This document shows positions 26,225 to 39,400 of a DNA stretch of 64,000 nt, one piece after another; the first letter of the stretch is position 1, and each line of letters opens with the position of its first letter. Origin of the DNA: Azolla caroliniana (Eukaryota; Plantae; Polypodiophyta); contig JBHGNT010000002.1 in NCBI GenBank assembly GCA_043228905.1, forward strand, positions 19,282,001 through 19,346,000. The letters are read 5' to 3'. The notes below the pieces were generated by a model. That model was not told where the DNA came from and did not search any database. It saw nothing but the letters and a program-made list of their open reading frames with translations. Made by a program: the position numbers and the translations under genes.

Positions 26225-27075
26225 TCTAATTCGATGCAGTGCATCGGATTAGAAAGTACTTCCTCGCTAACTTGATGAACTGCATGGGGGTAGATAGGAA
26301 ATTAAGACAACACACATAGATACGACATCCTCTGAAATCCGATGCAATGCATCGGATTTCAGACGATGTCGTATCATATCCTCCCTAATCCAATGTAGTG
26401 CATCGGATTAGGGAGAAGATGATCAGGAAACCTCTGAAATCCGATGCACTGCATCGGATTAGGGAGAAAATCCTCCCTAATCCGATGAAATGCATCAGAT
26501 TTCAAAGGATGTCGTATTATATCCTCTGAAATCTGATGCAATGCATTGGATTTCAGAGGATGTCGTATCATATCCTCCCAAATCCAATGCAGTGCATCGG
26601 ATTAGGGAGGAGATGATCAGAAAACCTCTGAAATCCGACGCAGTGCAATGGATTTCAGAGGATGTCCTCTCTAATCCGATGCACTGCATCGGATTAGGGA
26701 GGAGATGATCAGAAAACCTCCCAAATCCGATGCAATGCATCGGATTTCAGAGGATGTCCTCTCTAATCCGATGCAGTGCATCGGATTAGGGAGGAGATGA
26801 TCAGAAAACCTCCCAAATCCGATGCAATGCATCGGATTTCAGAGGATGTCCTCTCTAATCCGATGCAGTGCATCGGATTAGGGAGGAGATGATCAGAAAA
26901 CCTCCCAAATCCGATGCAATGCATCGGATTTCAGAGGATGTCCTCTCTAATCCGATGCAGTGCATCGGATTAGGGAGGAGATGATCAGAAAACCTCCCAA
27001 ATCCGATGCAGTGCATCGGATTAGGGAGGAGAGGATAGGAAATCCTCTGAAATCCGATGCACTGCATCGGATTTC
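26225..27075. repeat. Array of about 17 palindromes AATCCGATGCA(N)TGCATCGGATT, partly in 92-bp higher-order units
   Basis: Read directly; unit starts at 26761, 26853 and 26945, with two palindromes per unit. Confidence 0.92.
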
Positions 27076-27089
27076 AAAGGACGTGCTAG

Positions 27090-27460
27090 CTTTATTTTAG
27101 CTTTATTTTAGGTATATTTAGATGTATTTTATGTATATTTAGGTGTATTTCGTCGTATTTACGTGTCTGTTACATGTACTTAGGTGTATTTATATGTATT
27201 TAGTAGTGTTTAGGTGTGTTTAGGTCTACTTACGTGTATTTAGGTGTGTTTTATGTTTATTTTACGTGTACTTAGGTGTATTGGAGAGTATTCTGTTTAG
27301 GGTTTAGTGTATTTAGGTGTGTTTTACATGTAGTTAAGGGTATTTAGGTGCACTTACGTGTATTTAGGTGCGTTTTATGTGTATTTTACGTGTACTACGG
27401 TGTATTAAAGAGAATTTAGTTGTGTTTTGGTGTATTCACGTATATTTTACATTTATTTCA
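27090..27460. repeat. About 10-bp degenerate simple repeat (TATTTAGGTG / TATTTACGTG)
   Basis: Read directly; lies in inferred intron 1. Confidence 0.8.
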
Positions 27461-30454
27461 CGAAAATATTTTGTTTTCTTCCCCAGTGAGCCCCGTCCGA
27501 AGGTGCCCTCTTTCAAGTTGAAGTTCCGGTCTCCGACAAAACATGACTCGGAGAGTTTTTTAAAAGAAAAGTCTCGACGATCATTATTCGAGTCCGGAGG
27601 TGATGGGACCTCGAAATCATCCGTAGGGAATACGAAAAATAAACAAATTATGCTCGTGGAAGATAAGTCCACGGAGCATAAGCTAAAAAATTATTCACAT
27701 GTAGAATGGAGTCTCACTTACATTGAAGAAGATGGGGTATTGCTCCTCATATTTGCCACGTCGGAAGGAAAAGGAAAGCTTGAATTAGGGAAGACCTTCC
27801 CCTATGGTAAAGTTCGTAATTTAGAATATGAAGACAGTGATTTGTCCATTATCTTCCTCGAAGTTGAGAGCTCAGGTGGTATAAGGCGAGTGCAAGTTGA
27901 TGAAGGAAACCTAGTACCTGACGTATGCCACCCAAAATCTTTGTGAAAAGATATGCAAACAAAGAATAATCTTATTGTAGCTCTTCGGCCTTATGTTACT
28001 GGAGAGATGATGAGCACAGAAGCAGAGACTCCGCCTAAAAGTCTCGGAAAACAAAACCGGAACATAAAAAATATCAAAAACGACAAATATCTAATGATGA
28101 GGACCTCGACGTCTTGGAGTTCGAGGAAAAAGAAGACGATGAACAACAACTTGAAATTGTCCCTCCAGGAGGGCAAATATCTTCCGGTGTATTGACTTCT
28201 GAGCAAAACCGGATTAGAGAAAATATAGCTAGGACCAAACTAGTGCGAAAAGGTCAACTCTTCCATCTACCAATTTCTTCAATTCAAAGGCCACCCATCG
28301 ACCCTGAAACTAGAAGATGCACGCTCGAGATTAGAGAGCCACATGTAGTGCATGTACAAAATTTGAAAAGCAAAATGAAGATAAATCCACATGCAACCGT
28401 CGTACCTTTTTTGGTTATGGTAGACCCTGAACAATGTCTGACAATTGCTGATTTTAAATATAGCTCTTCAGATGATTATACTTATTATGTTATCGAAGGA
28501 TCTCATTCAGTTGAAGCCCGACGTCAACTCGTCAAGGAATATCCGCTCACTCCGTTTTTTAAGTACGCAGAATGTAAAGTATATGCAGGTCTTACTCATG
28601 AAGAGGCCAAGTTGTTAGCATGGGACCACAACAATGATAATGATTATAGACAAAAGATGTCTTGTATCGAACGCATCAGATTCTTTCACCATGAGTATTT
28701 GGATGCGTTGCAAAGATTTGGACCCAAGTTGAACCCTGGCTTACGACGTCAATGTTTACTAGAAGTGGGTATTGCAGTTGATGAGAGTACGAAATCTGAA
28801 GGGCTACGGAAATATGACTCATGGTTTCAGCTTGCCTTTAGAACAGGTGAGGTATGGGATCTCCAGGATAGAATATTTGGCATGTGGGAGCGCAAGGAGG
28901 TCAAAGGTCAACGGGCAAAGAAGGCCAAGGTAGATCCACAAGTGGAGATGAAGACAAAGTCACGTAAAAGTGACTTATTTATTGAGGAGTTGGCCGAAGA
29001 TATGAAGTTGCTACCTTGGAGGTCACTACAAGGAATTAAAGACGATAGATTGTTAATATCTGTGTTGTCTCGAGTTGCAGCCAAGGAGTTTAGCTTGGAC
29101 GAGATGGTGACTGAGTTACAAAAGTATGTAAAATTGAAATGTTTTTCTTTATTCTTGTGCATTTCCTTTGATAATTGATTTCACATTTAATATTTTATTT
29201 TTAGTCATAAAGTATACATGAAGATACAAGAATTGATGATGAAAAAATTGTGCCTACCAACCTGGGAAGAAGTCGAACAAGCTTGCCCAATAACATCATC
29301 ATATAAGGCATTAGAAGAGTTCTTCATTGTATTTAGAGAATGGGTATGTGTATTTTCAATTTGAAAAGATTCAATTATCATTTATCAGATATATTCCTTA
29401 CAGGAAATGAATTTTGCAGAAACCACCTCGATCAAAGAAAGTTGGTGATAGTAATGACGGTATTCCAAGTTCGTTCATTACGCACTTGGAACGTGCTAAA
29501 TACGAAAAAAGAATGACAAAGGGAAAGGAGTTGGAAGTGTCGGAGGACTTCGCAACAGTAAAAAGTTTTTTGCATAGAGCTGACCCTTTCAAACAATTAC
29601 ATTATAGTGTATTCCAGGGGGATGTGGTGAATATGCTCGACATATTACCAAAAAGGCACTATACATTACTTATTGCTGATATACCGTACGGATTCCGGAT
29701 CACGGGTTCCATGTTCGATGATGTGCCTTTCAAGTACCCCCAGATTGAGAAGATGGTAAAGGACTTCGCAGAGTTGACCTTAGCACCATTGTGGAGGATA
29801 GTCATATTTCATAGCATGGGTCAATCATTGTCAGTCACAACTGCTTTAAAGTCACGATGTCATGCAACAGAGCATATGCATTGGTGAGTTATACATTGTT
29901 TTTTGATAATATTCTCTTAGATATGTGGTTTATATATGTTCCATTCAAATTTTAACTCATTTGTTTTGGGTTCAATAGGATTAAAACAAATATTACACGT
30001 AGCCCGGGCGATCGTATGGTTAGTGCAGTTGAGCATCTTAGTGTGGGTTATTATGATGTAATAACGAAGAAGAAGGCTCGGGCACACGTTAATGAAAGAA
30101 ACGTTGTAAATTATATAATGTGCCCAGCTGTGACAAAGAAGCTTTGACATGTATCAGGTGAAAAGAGCCTTGTGAACCCTTATCAAAAACCTCAAAGATT
30201 GATCAACCGCTTAATCGAGCTCTTCTCAAACCTAGATGATTGGGTTCTGGATTTGTTCTCTGGCACAGGTATATGTCATATAAGTTTAGTCTCGTTAATT
30301 TGATTAAGTTATAGACTTTCATTGTTATTTTGACTTCTGCACTTCTATTTTACGATCAGGTACTACTACAGCTTGTGCATTAAAAATGTTCAGAAACTGT
30401 GTCGCGTTGGAGAAGGACCTGAACAAGTTAACTACATCAAAATGAGGATCCAAG

Positions 30455-33400
30455 GAATCTGGGATTGTCCGGATCAAGATCAAGAAGTCGGAGCGAAGCA
30501 CATCAATGAAACAGAGAGGTTTCAGATGACTTCGAGAGAGCCAATGGAACCTATAGATGAAGACGCAGGGGACCTTGTGGACCTAGAAGATGTAATAAAA
30601 TTTGAACATATGCATGGTTCAACGGAGCAAACAATCAATGCTACAGAGGACAATTTAGAAGAGTCCATTCATCCAGAACAGCCCACATTGCCTGACTTGC
30701 TTATAGATTGATTTCTATGGTTAGGTGTATTATTTGAACGATATTAAATGATAGACATTGACTTGTGACTATTGTTTCATTTGAACACAATTAAAACTTA
30801 AAGTTTGAGTTTATTTGGCAAAGTGTATAATTTGAATGGTATCAATGTTTTACATGTTCTTCAACCTTTCTTTGGAAAGTCTGCAAGGGTTTTTATAGAT
30901 GATTTTGGCCATCAATAGTGCAAAGATGGGTCATCCAGAAACGTTGTGTGCGGATAATCTTTAGTATTTGATTTATGTCTAATTTGACTAAGTCTATAAT
31001 TTTAAGGGTATTAAATGTTTATCTTTGACTTCTACCTTCTAGAGTTATAACACTATTAAGTTTTAAAGTTTGACGTATTATATGCGATTATATTATAAAA
31101 TTAGCATCTATGTGATTCTTGGCGTGGGCAACTATTTTTATCTTCGCCACAATTACAGTTCAAATGATTAAAGTTGCATATAATTCCATTCCGTTAATTT
31201 AGAATTTCACAAAAAAAATGACATATGAAATATAAGGCTATTGATTTTCTTGACATAAAATTATTTAGTTGAAATTTTTGCTATGTTTTAAGGAACCATG
31301 TACGCATGCGTGGTACCTTTTTGAAATTCTGCTAAAATAAGGCATATTTTAACATCTCCTCAAGATGTGAAAAAGAGAATGCGACATATTACATGTTTCA
31401 AATGTCCCGGTGTTACTAACTAAACATGAATATATATACAAATATATAATATCATATGTACATATGTACATACACATACATAAATACATATATACAAATG
31501 CATACATGGTACACACATATTATAATAAGCCATATGGGATCTGGGATTGTCCGGATCAAGATCAAGAAGTCGGAGCGAAGCACATCAATGAAACAGAGAG
31601 GTTTCAGATGACTTCGAGAGAGCCAATGGAACCTATAGATGAAGACGCAGGGGACCTTGTGGACCTAGAAGATGTAATAGAATTTGAACATATGCATGGT
31701 TCAGCGGAGCAAACAATCAATGCTACAGAGGACAATTTAGAAGAGTCCATTCATCCAGAAGAGCCCACATTGCCTGACTTGCTTATAGATTGATTTCTAT
31801 GGTTAGGTGTATTATTTGAACGATATTAAATGATAGACATTGACTTGTGACTATTGTTTCATTTGAACACAATTAAAACTTAAAGTTTGAGTTTATTTGG
31901 CAAAGTGTATAATTTGAATGGTATCAATGTTTTACATGTTCTTCAACCTTTCTTTGGAAAGTCTGCAAGGGTTTTTATAGATGATTTTGGCCATCAATAG
32001 TGCAAAGATGGGTCATCCAGAAACGTTGTGTGCGGATAATCTTTAGTATTTGATTTATGTCTAATTTGACTAAGTCTACAATTTTAAGGGTATTAAATGT
32101 TTATCTTTGACTTCTACCTTCTAGAGTTATAACACTATTAAGTTTTAAAGTTTGACGTATTATATGCGATTATATTATAAAATTAGCATCTATGTGATTC
32201 TTGGCGTGGGCAACTATTTTTATCTTCGCCACAATTACAGTTCAAATGATTAAAGTTGCATATAATTCCATTCCGTTAATTTAGAATTTCACAAAAAAAA
32301 ATGACATATGAAATATAAGGCTATTGATTTTCTTGACATAAAATTATTTAGTTGAAATTTTTGCTATGTTTTAAGGAACCATGTACGCATGCGTGGTACC
32401 TTTTTGAAATTCTGCTAAAATAAGGCATATTTTAACATCTCCTCAAGATGTGAAAAAGAGAATGCGACATATTACATGTTTCAAATGTCCCGGTGTTACT
32501 AACTAAACATGAATATATATACAAATATATAATATCATATGTACATATGTACATACACATACATAAATACATATATACAAATGCATACATGGTACACACA
32601 TATTATAATAAGCCATATGGGATCTGGGATTGTCCGGATCAAGATCAAGAAGTCGGAGCGAAGCACATCAATGAAACAGAGAGGTTTCAGATGACTTCGA
32701 GAGAGCCAATGGAACCTATAGATGAAGACGCAGGGGACCTTGTGGACCTAGAAGATGTAATAGAATTTGAACATATGCATGGTTCAGCGGAGCAAACAAT
32801 CAATGCTACAGAGGACAATTTAGAAGAGTCCATTCATCCAGAAGAGCCCACATTGCCTGACTTGCTTATAGATTGATTTCTATGGTTAGGTGTATTATTT
32901 GAACGATATTAAATGATAGACATTGACTTGTGACTATTGTTTCATTTGAACACAATTAAAACTTAAAGTTTGAGTTTATTTGGCAAAGTGTATAATTTGA
33001 ATGGTATCAATGTTTTACATGTTCTTCAACCTTTCTTTGGAAAGTCTGCAAGGGTTTTTATAGATGATTTTGGCCATCAATAGTGCAAAGATGGGTCATC
33101 CAGAAACGTTGTGTGCGGATAATCTTTAGTATTTGATTTATGTCTAATTTGACTAAGTCTACAATTTTAAGGGTATTAAATGTTTATCTTTGACTTCTAC
33201 CTTCTAGAGTTATAACACTATTAAGTTTTAAAGTTTGACGTATTATATGCGATTATATTATAAAATTAGCATCTATGTGATTCTTGGCGTGGGCAACTAT
33301 TTTTATCTTCGCCACAATTACAGTTCAAATGATTAAAGTTGCATATAATTCCATTCCGTTAATTTAGAATTTCACAAAAAAAAATGACATATGAAATATA

Positions 33401-36400
33401 AGGCTATTGATTTTCTTGACATAAAATTATTTAGTTGAAATTTTTGCTATGTTTTAAGGAACCATGTACGCATGCGTGGTACCTTTTTGAAATTCTGCTA
33501 AAATAAGGCATATTTTAACATCTCCTCAAGATGTGAAAAAGAGAATGCGACATATTACATGTTTCAAATGTCCCGGTGTTACTAACTAAACATGAATATA
33601 TATACAAATATATAATATCATATGTACATATGTACATACACATACATAAATACATATATACAAATGCATACATGGTACACACATATTATAATAAGCCATA
33701 TGGGATCTGGGATTGTCCGGATCAAGATCAAGAAGTCGGAGCGAAGCACATCAATGAAACAGAGAGGTTTCAGATGACTTCGAGAGAGCCAATGGAACCT
33801 ATAGATGAAGACGCAGGGGACCTTGTGGACCTAGAAGATGTAATAGAATTTGAACATATGCATGGTTCAGCGGAGCAAACAATCAATGCTACAGAGGACA
33901 ATTTAGAAGAGTCCATTCATCCAGAAGAGCCCACATTGCCTGACTTGCTTATAGATTGATTTCTATGGTTAGGTGTATTATTTGAACGATATTAAATGAT
34001 AGACATTGACTTGTGACTATTGTTTCATTTGAACACAATTAAAACTTAAAGTTTGAGTTTATTTGGCAAAGTGTATAATTTGAATGGTATCAATGTTTTA
34101 CATGTTCTTCAACCTTTCTTTGGAAAGTCTGCAAGGGTTTTTATAGATGATTTTGGCCATCAATAGTGCAAAGATGGGTCATCCAGAAACGTTGTGTGCG
34201 GATAATCTTTAGTATTTGATTTATGTCTAATTTGACTAAGTCTACAATTTTAAGGGTATTAAATGTTTATCTTTGACTTCTACCTTCTAGAGTTATAACA
34301 CTATTAAGTTTTAAAGTTTGACGTATTATATGCGATTATATTATAAAATTAGCATCTATGTGATTCTTGGCGTGGGCAACTATTTTTATCTTCGCCACAA
34401 TTACAGTTCAAATGATTAAAGTTGCATATAATTCCATTCCGTTAATTTAGAATTTCACAAAAAAAAATGACATATGAAATATAAGGCTATTGATTTTCTT
34501 GACATAAAATTATTTAGTTGAAATTTTTGCTATGTTTTAAGGAACCATGTACGCATGCGTGGTACCTTTTTGAAATTCTGCTAAAATAAGGCATATTTTA
34601 ACATCTCCTCAAGATGTGAAAAAGAGAATGCGACATATTACATGTTTCAAATGTCCCGGTGTTACTAACTAAACATGAATATATATACAAATATATAATA
34701 TCATATGTACATATGTACATACACATACATAAATACATATATACAAATGCATACATGGTACACACATATTATAATAAGCCATATGGGATCTGGGATTGTC
34801 CGGATCAAGATCAAGAAGTCGGAGCGAAGCACATCAATGAAACAGAGAGGTTTCAGATGACTTCGAGAGAGCCAATGGAACCTATAGATGAAGACGCAGG
34901 GGACCTTGTGGACCTAGAAGATGTAATAGAATTTGAACATATGCATGGTTCAGCGGAGCAAACAATCAATGCTACAGAGGACAATTTAGAAGAGTCCATT
35001 CATCCAGAAGAGCCCACATTGCCTGACTTGCTTATAGATTGATTTCTATGGTTAGGTGTATTATTTGAACGATATTAAATGATAGACATTGACTTGTGAC
35101 TATTGTTTCATTTGAACACAATTAAAACTTAAAGTTTGAGTTTATTTGGCAAAGTGTATAATTTGAATGGTATCAATGTTTTACATGTTCTTCAACCTTT
35201 CTTTGGAAAGTCTGCAAGGGTTTTTATAGATGATTTTGGCCATCAATAGTGCAAAGATGGGTCATCCAGAAACGTTGTGTGCGGATAATCTTTAGTATTT
35301 GATTTATGTCTAATTTGACTAAGTCTACAATTTTAAGGGTATTAAATGTTTATCTTTGACTTCTACCTTCTAGAGTTATAACACTATTAAGTTTTAAAGT
35401 TTGACGTATTATATGCGATTATATTATAAAATTAGCATCTATGTGATTCTTGGCGTGGGCAACTATTTTTATCTTCGCCACAATTACAGTTCAAATGATT
35501 AAAGTTGCATATAATTCCATTCCGTTAATTTAGAATTTCACAAAAAAAAATGACATATGAAATATAAGGCTATTGATTTTCTTGACATAAAATTATTTAG
35601 TTGAAATTTTTGCTATGTTTTAAGGAACCATGTACGCATGCGTGGTACCTTTTTGAAATTCTGCTAAAATAAGGCATATTTTAACATCTCCTCAAGATGT
35701 GAAAAAGAGAATGCGACATATTACATGTTTCAAATGTCCCGGTGTTACTAACTAAACATGAATATATATACAAATATATAATATCATATGTACATATGTA
35801 CATACACATACATAAATACATATATACAAATGCATACATGGTACACACATATTATAATAAGCCATATGGGATCTGGGATTGTCCGGATCAAGATCAAGAA
35901 GTCGGAGCGAAGCACATCAATGAAACAGAGAGGTTTCAGATGACTTCGAGAGAGCCAATGGAACCTATAGATGAAGACGCAGGGGACCTTGTGGACCTAG
36001 AAGATGTAATAGAATTTGAACATATGCATGGTTCAGCGGAGCAAACAATCAATGCTACAGAGGACAATTTAGAAGAGTCCATTCATCCAGAAGAGCCCAC
36101 ATTGCCTGACTTGCTTATAGATTGATTTCTATGGTTAGGTGTATTATTTGAACGATATTAAATGATAGACATTGACTTGTGACTATTGTTTCATTTGAAC
36201 ACAATTAAAACTTAAAGTTTGAGTTTATTTGGCAAAGTGTATAATTTGAATGGTATCAATGTTTTACATGTTCTTCAACCTTTCTTTGGAAAGTCTGCAA
36301 GGGTTTTTATAGATGATTTTGGCCATCAATAGTGCAAAGATGGGTCATCCAGAAACGTTGTGTGCGGATAATCTTTAGTATTTGATTTATGTCTAATTTG

Positions 36401-39400
36401 ACTAAGTCTACAATTTTAAGGGTATTAAATGTTTATCTTTGACTTCTACCTTCTAGAGTTATAACACTATTAAGTTTTAAAGTTTGACGTATTATATGCG
36501 ATTATATTATAAAATTAGCATCTATGTGATTCTTGGCGTGGGCAACTATTTTTATCTTCGCCACAATTACAGTTCAAATGATTAAAGTTGCATATAATTC
36601 CATTCCGTTAATTTAGAATTTCACAAAAAAAAATGACATATGAAATATAAGGCTATTGATTTTCTTGACATAAAATTATTTAGTTGAAATTTTTGCTATG
36701 TTTTAAGGAACCATGTACGCATGCGTGGTACCTTTTTGAAATTCTGCTAAAATAAGGCATATTTTAACATCTCCTCAAGATGTGAAAAAGAGAATGCGAC
36801 ATATTACATGTTTCAAATGTCCCGGTGTTACTAACTAAACATGAATATATATACAAATATATAATATCATATGTACATATGTACATACACATACATAAAT
36901 ACATATATACAAATGCATACATGGTACACACATATTATAATAAGCCATATGGGATCTGGGATTGTCCGGATCAAGATCAAGAAGTCGGAGCGAAGCACAT
37001 CAATGAAACAGAGAGGTTTCAGATGACTTCGAGAGAGCCAATGGAACCTATAGATGAAGACGCAGGGGACCTTGTGGACCTAGAAGATGTAATAGAATTT
37101 GAACATATGCATGGTTCAGCGGAGCAAACAATCAATGCTACAGAGGACAATTTAGAAGAGTCCATTCATCCAGAAGAGCCCACATTGCCTGACTTGCTTA
37201 TAGATTGATTTCTATGGTTAGGTGTATTATTTGAACGATATTAAATGATAGACATTGACTTGTGACTATTGTTTCATTTGAACACAATTAAAACTTAAAG
37301 TTTGAGTTTATTTGGCAAAGTGTATAATTTGAATGGTATCAATGTTTTACATGTTCTTCAACCTTTCTTTGGAAAGTCTGCAAGGGTTTTTATAGATGAT
37401 TTTGGCCATCAATAGTGCAAAGATGGGTCATCCAGAAACGTTGTGTGCGGATAATCTTTAGTATTTGATTTATGTCTAATTTGACTAAGTCTACAATTTT
37501 AAGGGTATTAAATGTTTATCTTTGACTTCTACCTTCTAGAGTTATAACACTATTAAGTTTTAAAGTTTGACGTATTATATGCGATTATATTATAAAATTA
37601 GCATCTATGTGATTCTTGGCGTGGGCAACTATTTTTATCTTCGCCACAATTACAGTTCAAATGATTAAAGTTGCATATAATTCCATTCCGTTAATTTAGA
37701 ATTTCACAAAAAAAAATGACATATGAAATATAAGGCTATTGATTTTCTTGACATAAAATTATTTAGTTGAAATTTTTGCTATGTTTTAAGGAACCATGTA
37801 CGCATGCGTGGTACCTTTTTGAAATTCTGCTAAAATAAGGCATATTTTAACATCTCCTCAAGATGTGAAAAAGAGAATGCGACATATTACATGTTTCAAA
37901 TGTCCCGGTGTTACTAACTAAACATGAATATATATACAAATATATAATATCATATGTACATATGTACATACACATACATAAATACATATATACAAATGCA
38001 TACATGGTACACACATATTATAATAAGCCATATGGGATCTGGGATTGTCCGGATCAAGATCAAGAAGTCGGAGCGAAGCACATCAATGAAACAGAGAGGT
38101 TTCAGATGACTTCGAGAGAGCCAATGGAACCTATAGATGAAGACGCAGGGGACCTTGTGGACCTAGAAGATGTAATAGAATTTGAACATATGCATGGTTC
38201 AGCGGAGCAAACAATCAATGCTACAGAGGACAATTTAGAAGAGTCCATTCATCCAGAAGAGCCCACATTGCCTGACTTGCTTATAGATTGATTTCTATGG
38301 TTAGGTGTATTATTTGAACGATATTAAATGATAGACATTGACTTGTGACTATTGTTTCATTTGAACACAATTAAAACTTAAAGTTTGAGTTTATTTGGCA
38401 AAGTGTATAATTTGAATGGTATCAATGTTTTACATGTTCTTCAACCTTTCTTTGGAAAGTCTGCAAGGGTTTTTATAGATGATTTTGGCCATCAATAGTG
38501 CAAAGATGGGTCATCCAGAAACGTTGTGTGCGGATAATCTTTAGTATTTGATTTATGTCTAATTTGACTAAGTCTACAATTTTAAGGGTATTAAATGTTT
38601 ATCTTTGACTTCTACCTTCTAGAGTTATAACACTATTAAGTTTTAAAGTTTGACGTATTATATGCGATTATATTATAAAATTAGCATCTATGTGATTCTT
38701 GGCGTGGGCAACTATTTTTATCTTCGCCACAATTACAGTTCAAATGATTAAAGTTGCATATAATTCCATTCCGTTAATTTAGAATTTCACAAAAAAAAAT
38801 GACATATGAAATATAAGGCTATTGATTTTCTTGACATAAAATTATTTAGTTGAAATTTTTGCTATGTTTTAAGGAACCATGTACGCATGCGTGGTACCTT
38901 TTTGAAATTCTGCTAAAATAAGGCATATTTTAACATCTCCTCAAGATGTGAAAAAGAGAATGCGACATATTACATGTTTCAAATGTCCCGGTGTTACTAA
39001 CTAAACATGAATATATATACAAATATATAATATCATATGTACATATGTACATACACATACATAAATACATATATACAAATGCATACATGGTACACACATA
39101 TTATAATAAGCCATATGGGATCTGGGATTGTCCGGATCAAGATCAAGAAGTCGGAGCGAAGCACATCAATGAAACAGAGAGGTTTCAGATGACTTCGAGA
39201 GAGCCAATGGAACCTATAGATGAAGACGCAGGGGACCTTGTGGACCTAGAAGATGTAATAGAATTTGAACATATGCATGGTTCAGCGGAGCAAACAATCA
39301 ATGCTACAGAGGACAATTTAGAAGAGTCCATTCATCCAGAAGAGCCCACATTGCCTGACTTGCTTATAGATTGATTTCTATGGTTAGGTGTATTATTTGA

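Larger units (their letters stand above)
26058..30711 (+). pseudogene. Six-exon gene: ParB/Srx-like domain + beta-class N6A/N4C DNA methyltransferase + acidic tail (about 970 aa restored)
   Basis: Inferred exons 26058-26083, 27487-29123, 29205-29343, 29420-29883, 29979-30268, 30360-30711; all introns GT-AG and phase-compatible. Motifs LPISSIQ..REPHVVHVQNLK..PFLVMV..YYVIEGSHSVEA; LLIADIPYG; HWIK; NPYQKPQRLINRLIELFS..WVLDLFSGTGTTTACAL..CVALEKD. Lesions: TGA at 27944 and 30145, frameshifts near 28038 and 30419. Exon 1 is the least certain. Confidence 0.85.
22657..31414. mobile_element. Sola1-like cut-and-paste DNA transposon carrying a ParB-methyltransferase cargo gene
   Basis: 37-bp TIRs with 1 mismatch; 4-bp TSD ACTA at 22653-22656 and 31415-31418; DDD transposase. 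The superfamily name is inferred from motifs and the 4-bp TSD. Confidence 0.9.

Noticed and set aside
26225-27075. CRISPR array
   Set aside because: The spacers are themselves repeated, no cas genes are present, and the context is a eukaryotic intron.
27923-27980. Short intron bypassing the TGA at 27944
   Set aside because: The GT/AG pair is out of phase; read-through of a CGA>TGA mutation keeps the frame.
22657-31414. CACTA/EnSpm assignment or bacterial contamination
   Set aside because: The termini are AACACC with a 4-bp TSD and the transposase lacks TnpD motifs. Spliceosomal introns and plant retroelement flanks argue against bacterial DNA.
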